A DNA stretch of 20,004 bases, taken from NCBI GenBank assembly GCA_964592405.1, contig CAZQBY010000014.1:1-20004 (forward strand). The letters run 5' to 3'. The translations under genes and the position numbers were made by a program. Source of the DNA: an uncultured archaeon. Lineage in GTDB: Archaea > Altiarchaeota > Altiarchaeia > JAFGQM01. The notes beneath the pieces are model-generated. The model saw only the letters and a program-made list of their open reading frames with translations, was not told the origin of the DNA and ran no database searches. This document shows, piece by piece, positions 7,327-16,568 of this stretch; the stretch's first letter is position 1, and every line of letters starts with the position of its first letter.

Positions 7327-7908
7327 ATGGGAAAGACCAAACAACCGCGGAAACAGAAAAGGGCACTTGCAAATCTAAAATTACATCAAAAGCGAAAGAA
7401 GCTCTCCGCCATTCTGAGCAAGGAGCTGAGAAAAAAGTTTAACCGGCGCACCCTCCCCATAAGGCGAGGCGACAGAGTCCGGGTTCTTACAGGCTCTTTC
7501 AAAGGAGTGGAGGGCGAAGTCATGAACGTTGATCTGGGCAAGATGAAGGTCTACATCGATAAGGTTGTGTCAAAAAAGAGAGACGGCACAGAGGTCCTCA
7601 GGGCAATGGAAGCCTCAAATCTCATGATCACGGATGTGGACATCCGTGACAAGGCACGGCAAAAGGTTCTTGAAAGAAAGGTCAGCAAGAGTGTTATAGA
7701 AACCGAGATTAGGAGGGAGGAGACCCGCCTGAAGAAGGCTGAGGAAGAGAGGAAGAAAAAAGAGGCCGAAATGAAGGCAAGAGAAGAGGAGAAGAAGGCG
7801 GAGAAGGAACGCAAAGAGGAGGCCAAGACCGCCGGTAAGAAGAAAGTCAGGATCTCCGAGAAGGGGATTGACAAAAAGACTAAAAAGGAATGGATATCTG
7901 AGAAATGA
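7327..7908 (+). CDS. rpl24: 50S ribosomal protein uL24 with about 75 aa E/K/R-rich C-terminal tail
   Basis: KQPRKQKR, LSKELRKK, PIRRGDRVRVLTGSFKG (KOW), ASNLMI. Confidence 0.97.
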   Translation: MGKTKQPRKQKRALANLKLHQKRKKLSAILSKELRKKFNRRTLPIRRGDRVRVLTGSFKGVEGEVMNVDLGKMKVYIDKVVSKKRDGTEVLRAMEASNLMITDVDIRDKARQKVLERKVSKSVIETEIRREETRLKKAEEERKKKEAEMKAREEEKKAEKERKEEAKTAGKKKVRISEKGIDKKTKKEWISEK

Positions 7909-8606
7909 GTCATCTAAAAACCCTGGCATCGCAAAAGGCGCTGAAGGTTCCAAGGAAGGAAAAGGTCTTCATAATGAAGCCCGTCCCCGGTCCGCATGGA
8001 CAGGAGGTATCAATACCATTGGGCGTGTTGTTAATGGACTATCTGGGCCTCGCCAAGACGCGAAAGGAGGTAAAATACATACTCCACACCAGTGAGGTTC
8101 TCGTGGACGGCAGGAGAATCAAAGATGAAAGGTTTCCTGTCGGCCTGCTGGACATAGTGGCAATACCTTCCATCAGCAAGTATTACCTTATTATGGTTGA
8201 CAGCAACGCACGCCTCTATCCAAGGGATGTGGAGAAGGCAAAGTCGGACCTCAAACTGTGTAAGCTGACCGGCAAGACCATGGTGAAGGGCGGCAAGCTG
8301 CAACTGAATTTCTATGATGGCAGGAATATACTTGTGCCTGCCAAGGACTCAGGGAAGTATGGTATTGGTGGAACTGCAGTCGTAAAGATACCGGAAAACA
8401 AGATAACTGAGTTCATAAGCTTGAGTGAGGGCAGACTTGCCCTTGTTGCCAAGGGTCGACATGCAGGCAAGATAGGCAGGGTAGCAAAGATAACTGAGAG
8501 CGGGTTTAACCTGAAGAGCCTGACGACCCTGGACTGTGACAGCGAGACAGTCGTGACCAATACTGATTATATTTTTATCATAGGGGACAAGACATCTAGG
8601 ATATGA
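7905..8606 (+). CDS. rps4e: 30S ribosomal protein eS4
   Basis: HLKTLA, PGPHG, VLVDGRR...FPVGLLD, GRHAGKIG. Confidence 0.98.
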   Translation: MSHLKTLASQKALKVPRKEKVFIMKPVPGPHGQEVSIPLGVLLMDYLGLAKTRKEVKYILHTSEVLVDGRRIKDERFPVGLLDIVAIPSISKYYLIMVDSNARLYPRDVEKAKSDLKLCKLTGKTMVKGGKLQLNFYDGRNILVPAKDSGKYGIGGTAVVKIPENKITEFISLSEGRLALVAKGRHAGKIGRVAKITESGFNLKSLTTLDCDSETVVTNTDYIFIIGDKTSRI

Positions 8607-9151
8607 TGGCATTCAGTACAACGACCGGTAAGAAAGAGGAAAACAAGATGCGGGAGCCATATATCTCCAAGGTAGTGGCAAACATAGGTGTCGGGTCAAG
8701 CGGTGATCTGCTGGAATCTGCGATGAAGCTCCTCGAGAAGCTCAGCGGCAGAAAACCGGTTAAGACCTATTCAAGGCACAAGATACCTGCCTGGGGTCTG
8801 AGACTCGGTCTGCCAATAGGTGCCAAAGTGACTCTCCGGGGCAGGGATGCCCACAATTTTCTGGAAAGGTCGCTGAATGCAGTAGACAAGACCCTCAAAG
8901 AATGCAACTTTGATGATGCCGGGAATCTCTCATTTGGCATAGAACAGTACGTATTCTACGACAACATCAAGTATGATCCGGAGATTGGAACGATGGGGCT
9001 TCAGATATCAGTAACAATAGAGCGTCCGGGCTTTAGGATCAAAAAGCGGAAGATAAAAAAATCTAAAGTCGGCAGGAGCCACAGGGTTTCAAGGGCAGAT
9101 GCCATGGACTTCATAAAGAGGGAGTTCGGAGTAACCATAGAAAATGAGTGA
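8603..9151 (+). CDS. rpl5: 50S ribosomal protein uL5
   Basis: [43 protein letters not shown]. Confidence 0.98.
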   Translation: MMAFSTTTGKKEENKMREPYISKVVANIGVGSSGDLLESAMKLLEKLSGRKPVKTYSRHKIPAWGLRLGLPIGAKVTLRGRDAHNFLERSLNAVDKTLKECNFDDAGNLSFGIEQYVFYDNIKYDPEIGTMGLQISVTIERPGFRIKKRKIKKSKVGRSHRVSRADAMDFIKREFGVTIENE

Positions 9152-9272
9152 AGATGTCAGGTGCAGGATATGCGGCAGAAAGCAGGCCATCATCAGAAAG
9201 TATGGTCTGATTGTGTGCAGGCAATGCTTCAGGGAAGTTGCCCGCAATCTTGGTTTTGAAAAATATAAGTAA
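9144..9272 (+). CDS. rps14: 30S ribosomal protein uS14 (Zn-finger type), not in the ORF track
   Basis: Manual translation: [42 protein letters not shown] (42 aa), CxxC...CRQCFRE; lies between uL5 and uS8. Confidence 0.97.
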   Translation: MSEDVRCRICGRKQAIIRKYGLIVCRQCFREVARNLGFEKYK

Positions 9273-9274
9273 GA

Positions 9275-9664
9275 ATGAAAAGAGATCTGATAAACGACGC
9301 TTTGGTTGCTATAAAGAATGCGGAGGCTGCAGGAAAGCAGAGTCTAGTTGTCCGTCCAACGTCAAATCTGTTAAAAGAGGTCCTGAAAATCATGCAGAAG
9401 GAGGGCTATATCGGAGAGTTTGAGTATATAGATGACCACAGGGGCGGCAAGTTCTTGATAAAACTGTCTCACAGGCTCAACAACTGCGGCGTCATAAAAC
9501 CCCGGTTTCCGCTGAAAAAGACAGAATATGAGCGCTGGGAGCAGAGATATCTGCCGGCAGCAAATTTTGGTATCCTGATAGTTTCAACATCCAGTGGTCT
9601 GATGACTCATTACGAATCAAAGAAGAACGGATTGGGGGGAAGGCTTATAGCCTACATTTACTGA
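9275..9664 (+). CDS. rps8: 30S ribosomal protein uS8
   Basis: GYIGEFEYIDDHRGG, NCGVIKPRF, LIVSTSSGLMTH, GGRLIAYIY. Confidence 0.99.
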   Translation: MKRDLINDALVAIKNAEAAGKQSLVVRPTSNLLKEVLKIMQKEGYIGEFEYIDDHRGGKFLIKLSHRLNNCGVIKPRFPLKKTEYERWEQRYLPAANFGILIVSTSSGLMTHYESKKNGLGGRLIAYIY

Positions 9665-10203
9665 TGTTTTCCATAACATATAAGATTCCGGAGGACGTGA
9701 AGGTCGAGGTCCACGGCAGGGAGGTAGTGGTAACCGGTGAGGGGGGGGAAGAAAACCGCAGGGTGTTCAAGGCCAAACATGTTGAGATAAAGAAAGACAA
9801 TGGAACCCTGACAGTGTTTACAACCTCTCGCAAAAAGCGTGATAGAGCCGATGTCGGGACGGTTATGGGCCACATCAGGAATATGATTAAGGGCATCGAA
9901 AAGGGGAGCACCTACAGACTCAAGGTAGTCTACTCTCATTTCCCCATGAATGTAAAGGTAGAGGGGAATATTCTTTCCGTAGAAAACTTCCTTGGTGAGA
10001 AAAAACCACGGACTATGAGGATACTGGAGGGTGTTGAAATCAGGATAGAAGGACAGGATATATATCTAAGCGGTATTGATAAGGAGCAGGTTGGGCTTTG
10101 TGCCTCCCAGATAGAGCAGCTTTGCAGGGTGTCTGGTCTGGATAGGCGTATATTTCAGGATGGTATATACATAGTGGAGAAAGACGGCAAACCCTTGAAA
10201 TGA
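9664..10203 (+). CDS. rpl6: 50S ribosomal protein uL6
   Basis: HIRNMIKG, VYSHFPM, NFLGEKKPR, DRRIFQDGIYI. Confidence 0.99.
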   Translation: MFSITYKIPEDVKVEVHGREVVVTGEGGEENRRVFKAKHVEIKKDNGTLTVFTTSRKKRDRADVGTVMGHIRNMIKGIEKGSTYRLKVVYSHFPMNVKVEGNILSVENFLGEKKPRTMRILEGVEIRIEGQDIYLSGIDKEQVGLCASQIEQLCRVSGLDRRIFQDGIYIVEKDGKPLK

Positions 10204-10913
10204 GCAAGAAGATGAGCGCTGGAACCAAGAAGAAGGATGCCGGAGTAGGGGCGGCAGAAGAGGCTGTGAAGAAAGCCGGAAATGGGCCGGAGAAGAAGGA
10301 GAAGGCCAAGTCTGCCGGGCAGGTATCCACCAAGCAGGAAACCAAACAGAAAACCAGACAGGAAACCAAACAGAAAACCAGACAGGAAAGCAAACAGAAA
10401 ACCGGACAGGAAAGCAAACAGAAAACCGGACAGGAAAGCAAGCAGAAAACCAAGCAGAAAACCAGGCAGACGAGAGGATCCTACAGGATATCACGCTCAA
10501 AAGAGGCCAGCAGGATGGCGAGGGAGAAATCCCGTCTTCAGAAGAAAAAGGGCAAGTTTAAGCGCCAGAATTATGGCAAGAAGAAGCGCATTCCGAACCG
10601 CTGGCGGAGGCCAAGGGGTATTGATTCTGGGCACCGGAAGGATGAGAAACACAAGCCGGCACATCCGCGAAGTGGATACATGACTCCAAAAATTGTCAAG
10701 GGCCTGCATCCAACAGGGTACAAACCTGTAAGGGTGTTTACTCCATCCGAGCTGGAGGGAATTGACCCGAGAACCGAGGCCGTGGTGGTGGCATCGTCTG
10801 TTGGTAACAGAAAAAGGCTTGAGATACAAAAAAGGGCACAGAAAATGAGTATCCAAATCCTGAATTACAGGGAGATCAGGGAAGCAAACAGTAGGGAGAC
10901 AAGCAAAGTATGA
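10200..10913 (+). CDS. rpl32e: 50S ribosomal protein eL32 with about 100 aa repeat-containing N-terminal extension
   Basis: FKRQ, WRRPRGIDS, GLHPTGY, VGNRKR; ATGA overlap with the uL6 stop. Confidence 0.97.
   Translation: MSKKMSAGTKKKDAGVGAAEEAVKKAGNGPEKKEKAKSAGQVSTKQETKQKTRQETKQKTRQESKQKTGQESKQKTGQESKQKTKQKTRQTRGSYRISRSKEASRMAREKSRLQKKKGKFKRQNYGKKKRIPNRWRRPRGIDSGHRKDEKHKPAHPRSGYMTPKIVKGLHPTGYKPVRVFTPSELEGIDPRTEAVVVASSVGNRKRLEIQKRAQKMSIQILNYREIREANSRETSKV
10329..10472 (+). repeat. 12-bp x 12 coding tandem repeat (24-bp higher-order period) in eL32
   Basis: Units such as accaaacagaaa, accagacaggaa, agcaaacagaaa, accggacaggaa; encodes TKQE-TKQK-TRQE-TKQK-TRQE-SKQK-TGQE-SKQK-TGQE-SKQK-TKQK-TRQT. 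Confidence 0.95.
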
Positions 10914-11368
10914 GCAACCTAAAGACACAAAAGAGGATCGCTGCAGAGATTTTGAAGCTGGGGAAGTCTAGGGTCTGGATAAATCCGGAAGCGGGTGCAG
11001 ATGTGGGACAGGCCATGACCCGCGATGATGTTAGAGAGATTGTCAAACAGGGCCTCATACAGGAGAAGCCTGCCAAAAAGCAGACCAGAAAGCGGGCCAA
11101 AAAGCGCATGGAACTCAGGCGCAAGAGAAAGGCCACAGGCCATGGCAAGCGCAGGGGAACAAGAAACGCGCGCAAACCTGAGAAGGTCAGGTGGATGGAA
11201 AAGATCAGATCGCAGAGAAGGTTTTTGAGGAAGCTCAGGGATGAGGGCAGGATAGATGTGCGCATCTACCGGAGATATTATCTAAGAATAAAGGGTGGTG
11301 AATATACCACCATCAAACAACTGAGAGAATCCATGAAAACAGAGGGCGTTTTAAAACAGAATGGCTAA
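10910..11368 (+). CDS. rpl19e: 50S ribosomal protein eL19
   Basis: LKTQKRIAAEILK, RVWINP, TRDDVR, GHGKRRG, WMEKIRSQR, YLRIKGG. Confidence 0.98.
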   Translation: MSNLKTQKRIAAEILKLGKSRVWINPEAGADVGQAMTRDDVREIVKQGLIQEKPAKKQTRKRAKKRMELRRKRKATGHGKRRGTRNARKPEKVRWMEKIRSQRRFLRKLRDEGRIDVRIYRRYYLRIKGGEYTTIKQLRESMKTEGVLKQNG

Positions 11369-11864
11369 GGGACCAAGATACAGGGTGAAGTTCCGAAGGG
11401 AGCGGGATGGACAAACTGACTATAAAAAACGCTTGGCGCTCTTGAAATCACGGCTGCCGAGACTGGTCGTAAGGATATCAAACAAACACATATGCTGTCA
11501 GGTCATAAATCATGAAAAGGAGGGTGACAGGGTGATTGCATCCGGCTTTTCAAAGGAACTCGTCAAGCTTGGCTGGAAAGGCTCCACCTCCAATACCCCT
11601 GCCGCTTACCTGACCGGATACTTATGTGGCAGGAGGGCCAAGAAAGCGGAGATAGAGAAAGCTGTATTGGATATCGGGCGCAGGAGCGTTATAAGGGGTT
11701 CCAGAGTCTTTGCTGCCCTGAAAGGGGCCTTGGATGCGGGCATTGAGATACCTCATAGTGAGTCCATATTACCGCCTCAGGAGAGGATTGAAGGAGCCCA
11801 TATAGACCCCGGGCTCAAAACTCAGGTCGGCAATATCAAAAAGGCAATAGATTCCAAGTTTTGA
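11361..11864 (+). CDS. rpl18: 50S ribosomal protein uL18
   Basis: [46 protein letters not shown]. Confidence 0.99.
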   Translation: MAKGPRYRVKFRRERDGQTDYKKRLALLKSRLPRLVVRISNKHICCQVINHEKEGDRVIASGFSKELVKLGWKGSTSNTPAAYLTGYLCGRRAKKAEIEKAVLDIGRRSVIRGSRVFAALKGALDAGIEIPHSESILPPQERIEGAHIDPGLKTQVGNIKKAIDSKF

Positions 11865-11866
11865 AA

Positions 11867-12808
11867 ATGACAGGAGAGAAGAAGAAAGGAGAAAGCGAAG
11901 AAGTTGCTTTAGGAGAACCTGTCGGGTCTGATGTCCAGCAGGGAATCGGCATAGAGAATAGCACGGATGACAGGGCTTCCAAAACTGCATCCAAAACAAA
12001 AGCTCCTGAGGCAGGGGCCTCCAAAACCGGGATAGCCGGAGATACTACAGAACCTGAGAAAATAGTTGAAGAGGAGTCTCCCAAGAAAAGCGAAGTAGCA
12101 GCGGAAAAACCCTCTGTGCCGGAAAAAGAGAGCCCTACCCAAGACCGCCCAAAGAAGCCTGCCTCCCGGACGTTCGGATATGAGGAAGAGGAGGAGTGGA
12201 TACCAAAGACTGAGACAGGCAGGAAGGTGAAGGCCGGAGAGATAACCGATATTGACGAGATACTAAAGGCAGGCATTCCAATAATGGAAAAAGGTATCGT
12301 GGATACCCTGCTCCCATCCCTCCACGAAGAGGTAATGGACATCCGCCGGGTTCAGAGAACCCTGGACAGTGGCAGGAGGATGAGGTTCAGTATCATGGTT
12401 GTTGTGGGCGACAAAAACGGCCATGTTGGGGTTGGAACCGCCAAGGGAACCGAGGTCGGGCCGACCATAAAGAAGGCGATAAACAGGGCGAAGCTCAATA
12501 TAATCAGGGTTGAAAGGGCCTGCGCATCATGGGAGTGCGGGTGTGGTGAGCCGCACACTGTTCCATTCAAGGTAACCGGCAAGGAAGGATCGGTGACTGT
12601 AGTGCTCAAACCTGCTCCAAAGGGCGTTGGGCTGGTGGCCGGCGACAACTCAAAGACCATGCTTGAATTTGCAGGAATCAAGGATGTGTGGGCATTCTCT
12701 AAGGGACATTCCCGCACAATAATAAACCAGATACTGGCTACATATGCTGCCCTGAAGAAGCTCTCAGCCTTCAAGAAACCACCAGCTGGCAAGAAAAAGA
12801 GAGGGTGA
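11867..12808 (+). CDS. rps5: 30S ribosomal protein uS5 with about 105 aa disordered N-terminal extension
   Basis: [40 protein letters not shown]; ATG 11867 chosen, TTG 11861 possible. Confidence 0.98.
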   Translation: MTGEKKKGESEEVALGEPVGSDVQQGIGIENSTDDRASKTASKTKAPEAGASKTGIAGDTTEPEKIVEEESPKKSEVAAEKPSVPEKESPTQDRPKKPASRTFGYEEEEEWIPKTETGRKVKAGEITDIDEILKAGIPIMEKGIVDTLLPSLHEEVMDIRRVQRTLDSGRRMRFSIMVVVGDKNGHVGVGTAKGTEVGPTIKKAINRAKLNIIRVERACASWECGCGEPHTVPFKVTGKEGSVTVVLKPAPKGVGLVAGDNSKTMLEFAGIKDVWAFSKGHSRTIINQILATYAALKKLSAFKKPPAGKKKRG

Positions 12809-12810
12809 TA

Positions 12811-13302
12811 ATGACGAAGGAGAAAAAATCAGGGAAGATTGCAGTAGTGCGCGTGCGTGGAGATGTTGATATCCGCAGAGATATAAGGGACACCCTGAAA
12901 ATGCTCAATCTCAAAAAGGTCAACTGGGCCACAATCATTGACCCCACACCAACATACATGGGCATGGTGCAAAAGGCAAAGGATTTCATTACTTGGGGGG
13001 AGATAGACGAGGAAACCCTCACAGCTCTTATCGAAAAATGGGGCAGGGGGGCCGGGGACAGGCGCCTTGGAAAAAAAGAGGCGGCTGAATTTTCAAAGAA
13101 GTTTATAGCAGGGGAGACTACCTTCAGGAAGGCAGGCCTCAAACCGTATTTCAAACTCCATCCACCATCAAGGGGATATGAAAGGGGGGGTATAAAGCAT
13201 CACGTTAGCATTGGTGGGGCACTGGGCTATCGCGGCAGCAGGATCAATGACCTGCTTGCAAGGATGGCCGGTCTAAAAGCAAAAGATGGCTCAAAAAAAT
13301 AG
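12811..13302 (+). CDS. rpl30: 50S ribosomal protein uL30
   Basis: AVVRVRG, TLKMLNL, ITWGEID, FKLHPP, GALGYRG; GGTGA SD-like motif before ATG 12811. Confidence 0.98.
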   Translation: MTKEKKSGKIAVVRVRGDVDIRRDIRDTLKMLNLKKVNWATIIDPTPTYMGMVQKAKDFITWGEIDEETLTALIEKWGRGAGDRRLGKKEAAEFSKKFIAGETTFRKAGLKPYFKLHPPSRGYERGGIKHHVSIGGALGYRGSRINDLLARMAGLKAKDGSKK

Positions 13303-13729
13303 GAAGATACACAAGAAAAGAGGTACCCGGAGCTGTGGATATGGCAGTGCCCAGAAGCATCGTGGAGCGGGCTCAAGGGGTGGCAGAGGCAATGCAGGTT
13401 CCGGCAAACACAAGCAGATCAAATGCAGGCTGGAGGGCAGAGTCTTTGGGAGCTCTGGTTTCAGTAGGCATCCCAGCCTGGTTTCAAAACCAAGTGTTAT
13501 CAATCTTTCCGATATTGATAAAAACATAGAGAAGTGGGTTCGTGAGGGCAGGGCAGAGAAGAAGGCCGGCAGCTATCTGGCTGACCTCTCCGCACTTGGA
13601 TATGATAAGGTTCTTGGGGGTGGCAAGCTGACACACAGGATACAGATAAAAGCCAGTTCATTTTCAGAATCCGCCAAGAGAAAGATAGAAGAAGCGGGCG
13701 GCAGGGTCTTAACTGGAACAGAATCCTAA
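13286..13729 (+). CDS. rpl15: 50S ribosomal protein uL15
   Basis: RGTRSCGYG, HRGAGSRGGRGNAG, GYDKVLGGG, FSESAKRKIEEAGG. Confidence 0.99.
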   Translation: MAQKNRKIHKKRGTRSCGYGSAQKHRGAGSRGGRGNAGSGKHKQIKCRLEGRVFGSSGFSRHPSLVSKPSVINLSDIDKNIEKWVREGRAEKKAGSYLADLSALGYDKVLGGGKLTHRIQIKASSFSESAKRKIEEAGGRVLTGTES

Positions 13730-13733
13730 GGAG

Positions 13734-15146
13734 ATGGCATCAATACTATATAAACTAGAGCCTCTCTACAGGCACTTCCCGGAGATAAAGGCACCCACAA
13801 GGCATGTCAGCCTTAAAGAGAAATTCATGTGGGTGGGCATAGTACTGGTTCTCTTTCTGCTGATGGGGCAGATTACCCCCCTTGGGGCCGCGCGTGCTGA
13901 CGAGTCTCAACTGGGTATCATACAGGTGGTTTTTGCCTCACAGTTTGGAACTCTGATGTCAGTTGGTATAGGGCCAATAGTGACAGCATCCATCATACTA
14001 CAGCTTCTGGTGGGGGCCAAGATGATAAACCTGGACCTCCACAACACTGAGGACAGGGCGGTGTTTCAGGGAACACAGAAACTGCTGACTATACTGGTTG
14101 CCCTTTTTGAATCATATGCATTTGTAGGCATAGGCGCAATTCCGGTAACGAATCCAGCGGATCTTGGTTTGGTAATTTTTGTCACCTTGCAGATAGCCTT
14201 CGCCTCCATACTTTTGATGTTTCTGGACGAGATAGTCTCCAAATGGGGTATCGGGAGTGGAATCGGTTTGTTCATTGCGGCCGGTGTCTCACGAAGGATA
14301 GTCGTACAGGCACTCAGTCCGGTGCCGGCAGGTGCAGGCGGCTTCAGGGGCATCATACCAAACTTCCTAGCACAGCTTGCGGAGGGACAGCTGGATCTCT
14401 TCATGCTCTGGCCGGTAGCCACGACAGTTCTTGTTTTTCTAGCTGTGGCCTATTTCGAATCCCTCAAGATAGAGATACCGCTGTCATACGGCCGCTTTGG
14501 TGTAGGTGCCAGATATCCTCTCCGCTTCTTTTATACATCTAACATACCTGTCATCCTGACGTCGGCTGTCCTTGCCAATGTTGTCATATTTGCTGGCATT
14601 TTCAGTGGACTAGGAATTCCGATTTTGGGTGAAACAGTAAACGGTCAGATAGTTCCAAATCTTGAAAAGGGCGGGATTGGGTATCTTATAACTCAGGGCG
14701 ACCTTGGCGGGCGCGACGGTGTCTTTACACCGGGCGGCATAGTCAAACTTAGCAATCCTGCTGTGGTCCTCCACCTGATTGTCTACACTCTGGTTTTTGT
14801 TGGTCTTTGTGTCCTCTTTGGCGTTTTTTGGGTCATGATGAGTAACATGGACGCGGAAACCGTAGCCGAGCAGATGGAGACTTCAGGCTTACAGATACCC
14901 GGTTTCAGGGCTGATAGGAGGGTCATACGGAGGGTACTGGAACGCTACATACCGCAGCTTACTGTGGTTTCCGCCATAGCTGTAGGGCTTCTGGCGGTTA
15001 CTGCCAATTTGACCGGTGCCTTGGGTAGCGGGACTGGCATACTGCTTACAGTAGGCATACTCTACAGAATGTATGAGGAGATAAAGAGGGAGCAGCTCAA
15101 CGAGCTGAGCCCGGCATTGAGAAAGTTTATAGGCGGAGAGAGGTAA
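13734..15146 (+). CDS. secY: Preprotein translocase subunit SecY
   Basis: GIGPIVTASIILQLL, KWGIGSGIGLFI, FFYTSNIPVIL, QIPGFR, GSGTGILL; about 10 TM segments. Confidence 0.99.
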   Translation: MASILYKLEPLYRHFPEIKAPTRHVSLKEKFMWVGIVLVLFLLMGQITPLGAARADESQLGIIQVVFASQFGTLMSVGIGPIVTASIILQLLVGAKMINLDLHNTEDRAVFQGTQKLLTILVALFESYAFVGIGAIPVTNPADLGLVIFVTLQIAFASILLMFLDEIVSKWGIGSGIGLFIAAGVSRRIVVQALSPVPAGAGGFRGIIPNFLAQLAEGQLDLFMLWPVATTVLVFLAVAYFESLKIEIPLSYGRFGVGARYPLRFFYTSNIPVILTSAVLANVVIFAGIFSGLGIPILGETVNGQIVPNLEKGGIGYLITQGDLGGRDGVFTPGGIVKLSNPAVVLHLIVYTLVFVGLCVLFGVFWVMMSNMDAETVAEQMETSGLQIPGFRADRRVIRRVLERYIPQLTVVSAIAVGLLAVTANLTGALGSGTGILLTVGILYRMYEEIKREQLNELSPALRKFIGGER

Positions 15147-15180
15147 ATTAAGCTAACAAATCTAAAAACTGGTGAGAAAA

Positions 15181-15735
15181 ATGCTGTGTATTCTGCTTGG
15201 GATTCCGGGTGTCGGGAAGACAACAGTCTTGAGATCTGTTGCAAAGAAGATTAGTGTAAAAAGACTTAACTTTGGGGACTATATGTTCAATGAGGCCAAA
15301 AGGGCCGGTTTGGTCAATGACAGGGACGACATGAGGAAACTCCCAAGGGAGACTCAACTGGAACTTCAGGAGAAGGCAGCCCATGAGATACATATGCATT
15401 CGAGGGGACAAAATGTAATTGTTGACACCCACAGCTCCATAAAGACGCCAATGGGTTATATGCCGGGTCTGCCGGAGAACGTCCTACGCGCGCTTGATCC
15501 AGAGGTGATAATCCTGCTGGAATATGACCCAAAGCTTATTCATAAGAGGAGACTTGGAGACCCCTCCAGAAACAGGGACGAAGACTCCATTGAGGCAATA
15601 GAAGAGCACCAGCTGATAAACAGGTGTTTTGCATCCATTTATGCCTATCTGACACATTCAACGCTCCTCATAGTCCAGAATGTTGAAGGGAAACCGGAAG
15701 AAGCTGCCGAAAAAATAGCCGAGGTGTTCAAATGA
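15181..15735 (+). CDS. adkA: Archaeal adenylate kinase
   Basis: P-loop GIPGVGKTT, RDDMRKL, VDTH, GYMPGLP; GGTGA (15171-15175) favours ATG 15181 over GTG 15172. Confidence 0.95.
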   Translation: MLCILLGIPGVGKTTVLRSVAKKISVKRLNFGDYMFNEAKRAGLVNDRDDMRKLPRETQLELQEKAAHEIHMHSRGQNVIVDTHSSIKTPMGYMPGLPENVLRALDPEVIILLEYDPKLIHKRRLGDPSRNRDEDSIEAIEEHQLINRCFASIYAYLTHSTLLIVQNVEGKPEEAAEKIAEVFK

Positions 15736-16568
15736 GCTGGATATTTCTAATACCTGTAATCGCCGCAGGGCTTTCATTCCTGAGCATCCTTATAGAGTTT
15801 TTTACCCATGACCGCGAGAAGGGCAAGGAACTGGAGTTTGCAATCAGGAGGAAACAGCGCGAGATAAAAGAGCTCCAGAAATCAAAGGACACCAAGGCCA
15901 TGATGAAGGCCAATAAGGAGCTGATGTCGCTGATGGGGCAGAACTTCCGCCTTCGTATGAAAACCATGTTTATCTCCTTTCCCCTCTTCATCATAGTGTT
16001 CTTTTTCCTGCAGAGTGCGCTCAATGTGGCACCACTCTATGCTGGTGGGGTCTCACAGCTCGGAGCGGATCTGAGGAATCTGGAATCATCCCCCCAGACT
16101 ATAACAGCACAGATCGTCTCGGATGACATAGATATATTAGGAGCCAATGTCAGGGAGCTCGAACTGGATGACAGGGGTGATCAGGGAGATCACCAGCAGG
16201 TCTGGTGGAATTTAACGGCCTCTGAGGGTCTGAAGAACTATGCCATCAGGATCTCTGCGGGTGCGGAGTCAGATGAGAAAACATACAGTATAAGGGTTGT
16301 GCCATCCGGGAGTCTGCTGGCGGACTTCACCCCCGCAGGTACGGACAAGGTCTTAGGCGGGAGTATTGAGGTAACACCACTCTACAAAGGTGTTGAGATA
16401 AACCTCTTGGGCATAAACCTCTCATGGTTCTGGTACTATCTCCTATCATATTTCATACTTGCAATTGCAATGATGCCTCTCAAGAACCACATACTATGGG
16501 GCCACTGGGGCGGCATAAGGCATCTGGAGAAAATAGAGCGTGAGAAGAATGAAACAGCAAAAAAGTAG
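15732..16568 (+). CDS. DUF106 / EMC3-TMCO1 (Oxa1 superfamily) membrane protein with inserted soluble domain
   Basis: TM1, coiled coil, TM2 (MKTMFISFPLFIIVF), about 120 aa insert, TM3 (LSWFWYYLLSYF); canonical position between adk and eL34. Confidence 0.88.
   Translation: MSWIFLIPVIAAGLSFLSILIEFFTHDREKGKELEFAIRRKQREIKELQKSKDTKAMMKANKELMSLMGQNFRLRMKTMFISFPLFIIVFFFLQSALNVAPLYAGGVSQLGADLRNLESSPQTITAQIVSDDIDILGANVRELELDDRGDQGDHQQVWWNLTASEGLKNYAIRISAGAESDEKTYSIRVVPSGSLLADFTPAGTDKVLGGSIEVTPLYKGVEINLLGINLSWFWYYLLSYFILAIAMMPLKNHILWGHWGGIRHLEKIEREKNETAKK

Noticed and set aside
9211-9423. 70-aa plus-strand ORF
   Set aside because: Wrong frame across rps14 and rps8; the real gene is uS14 at 9144-9272.
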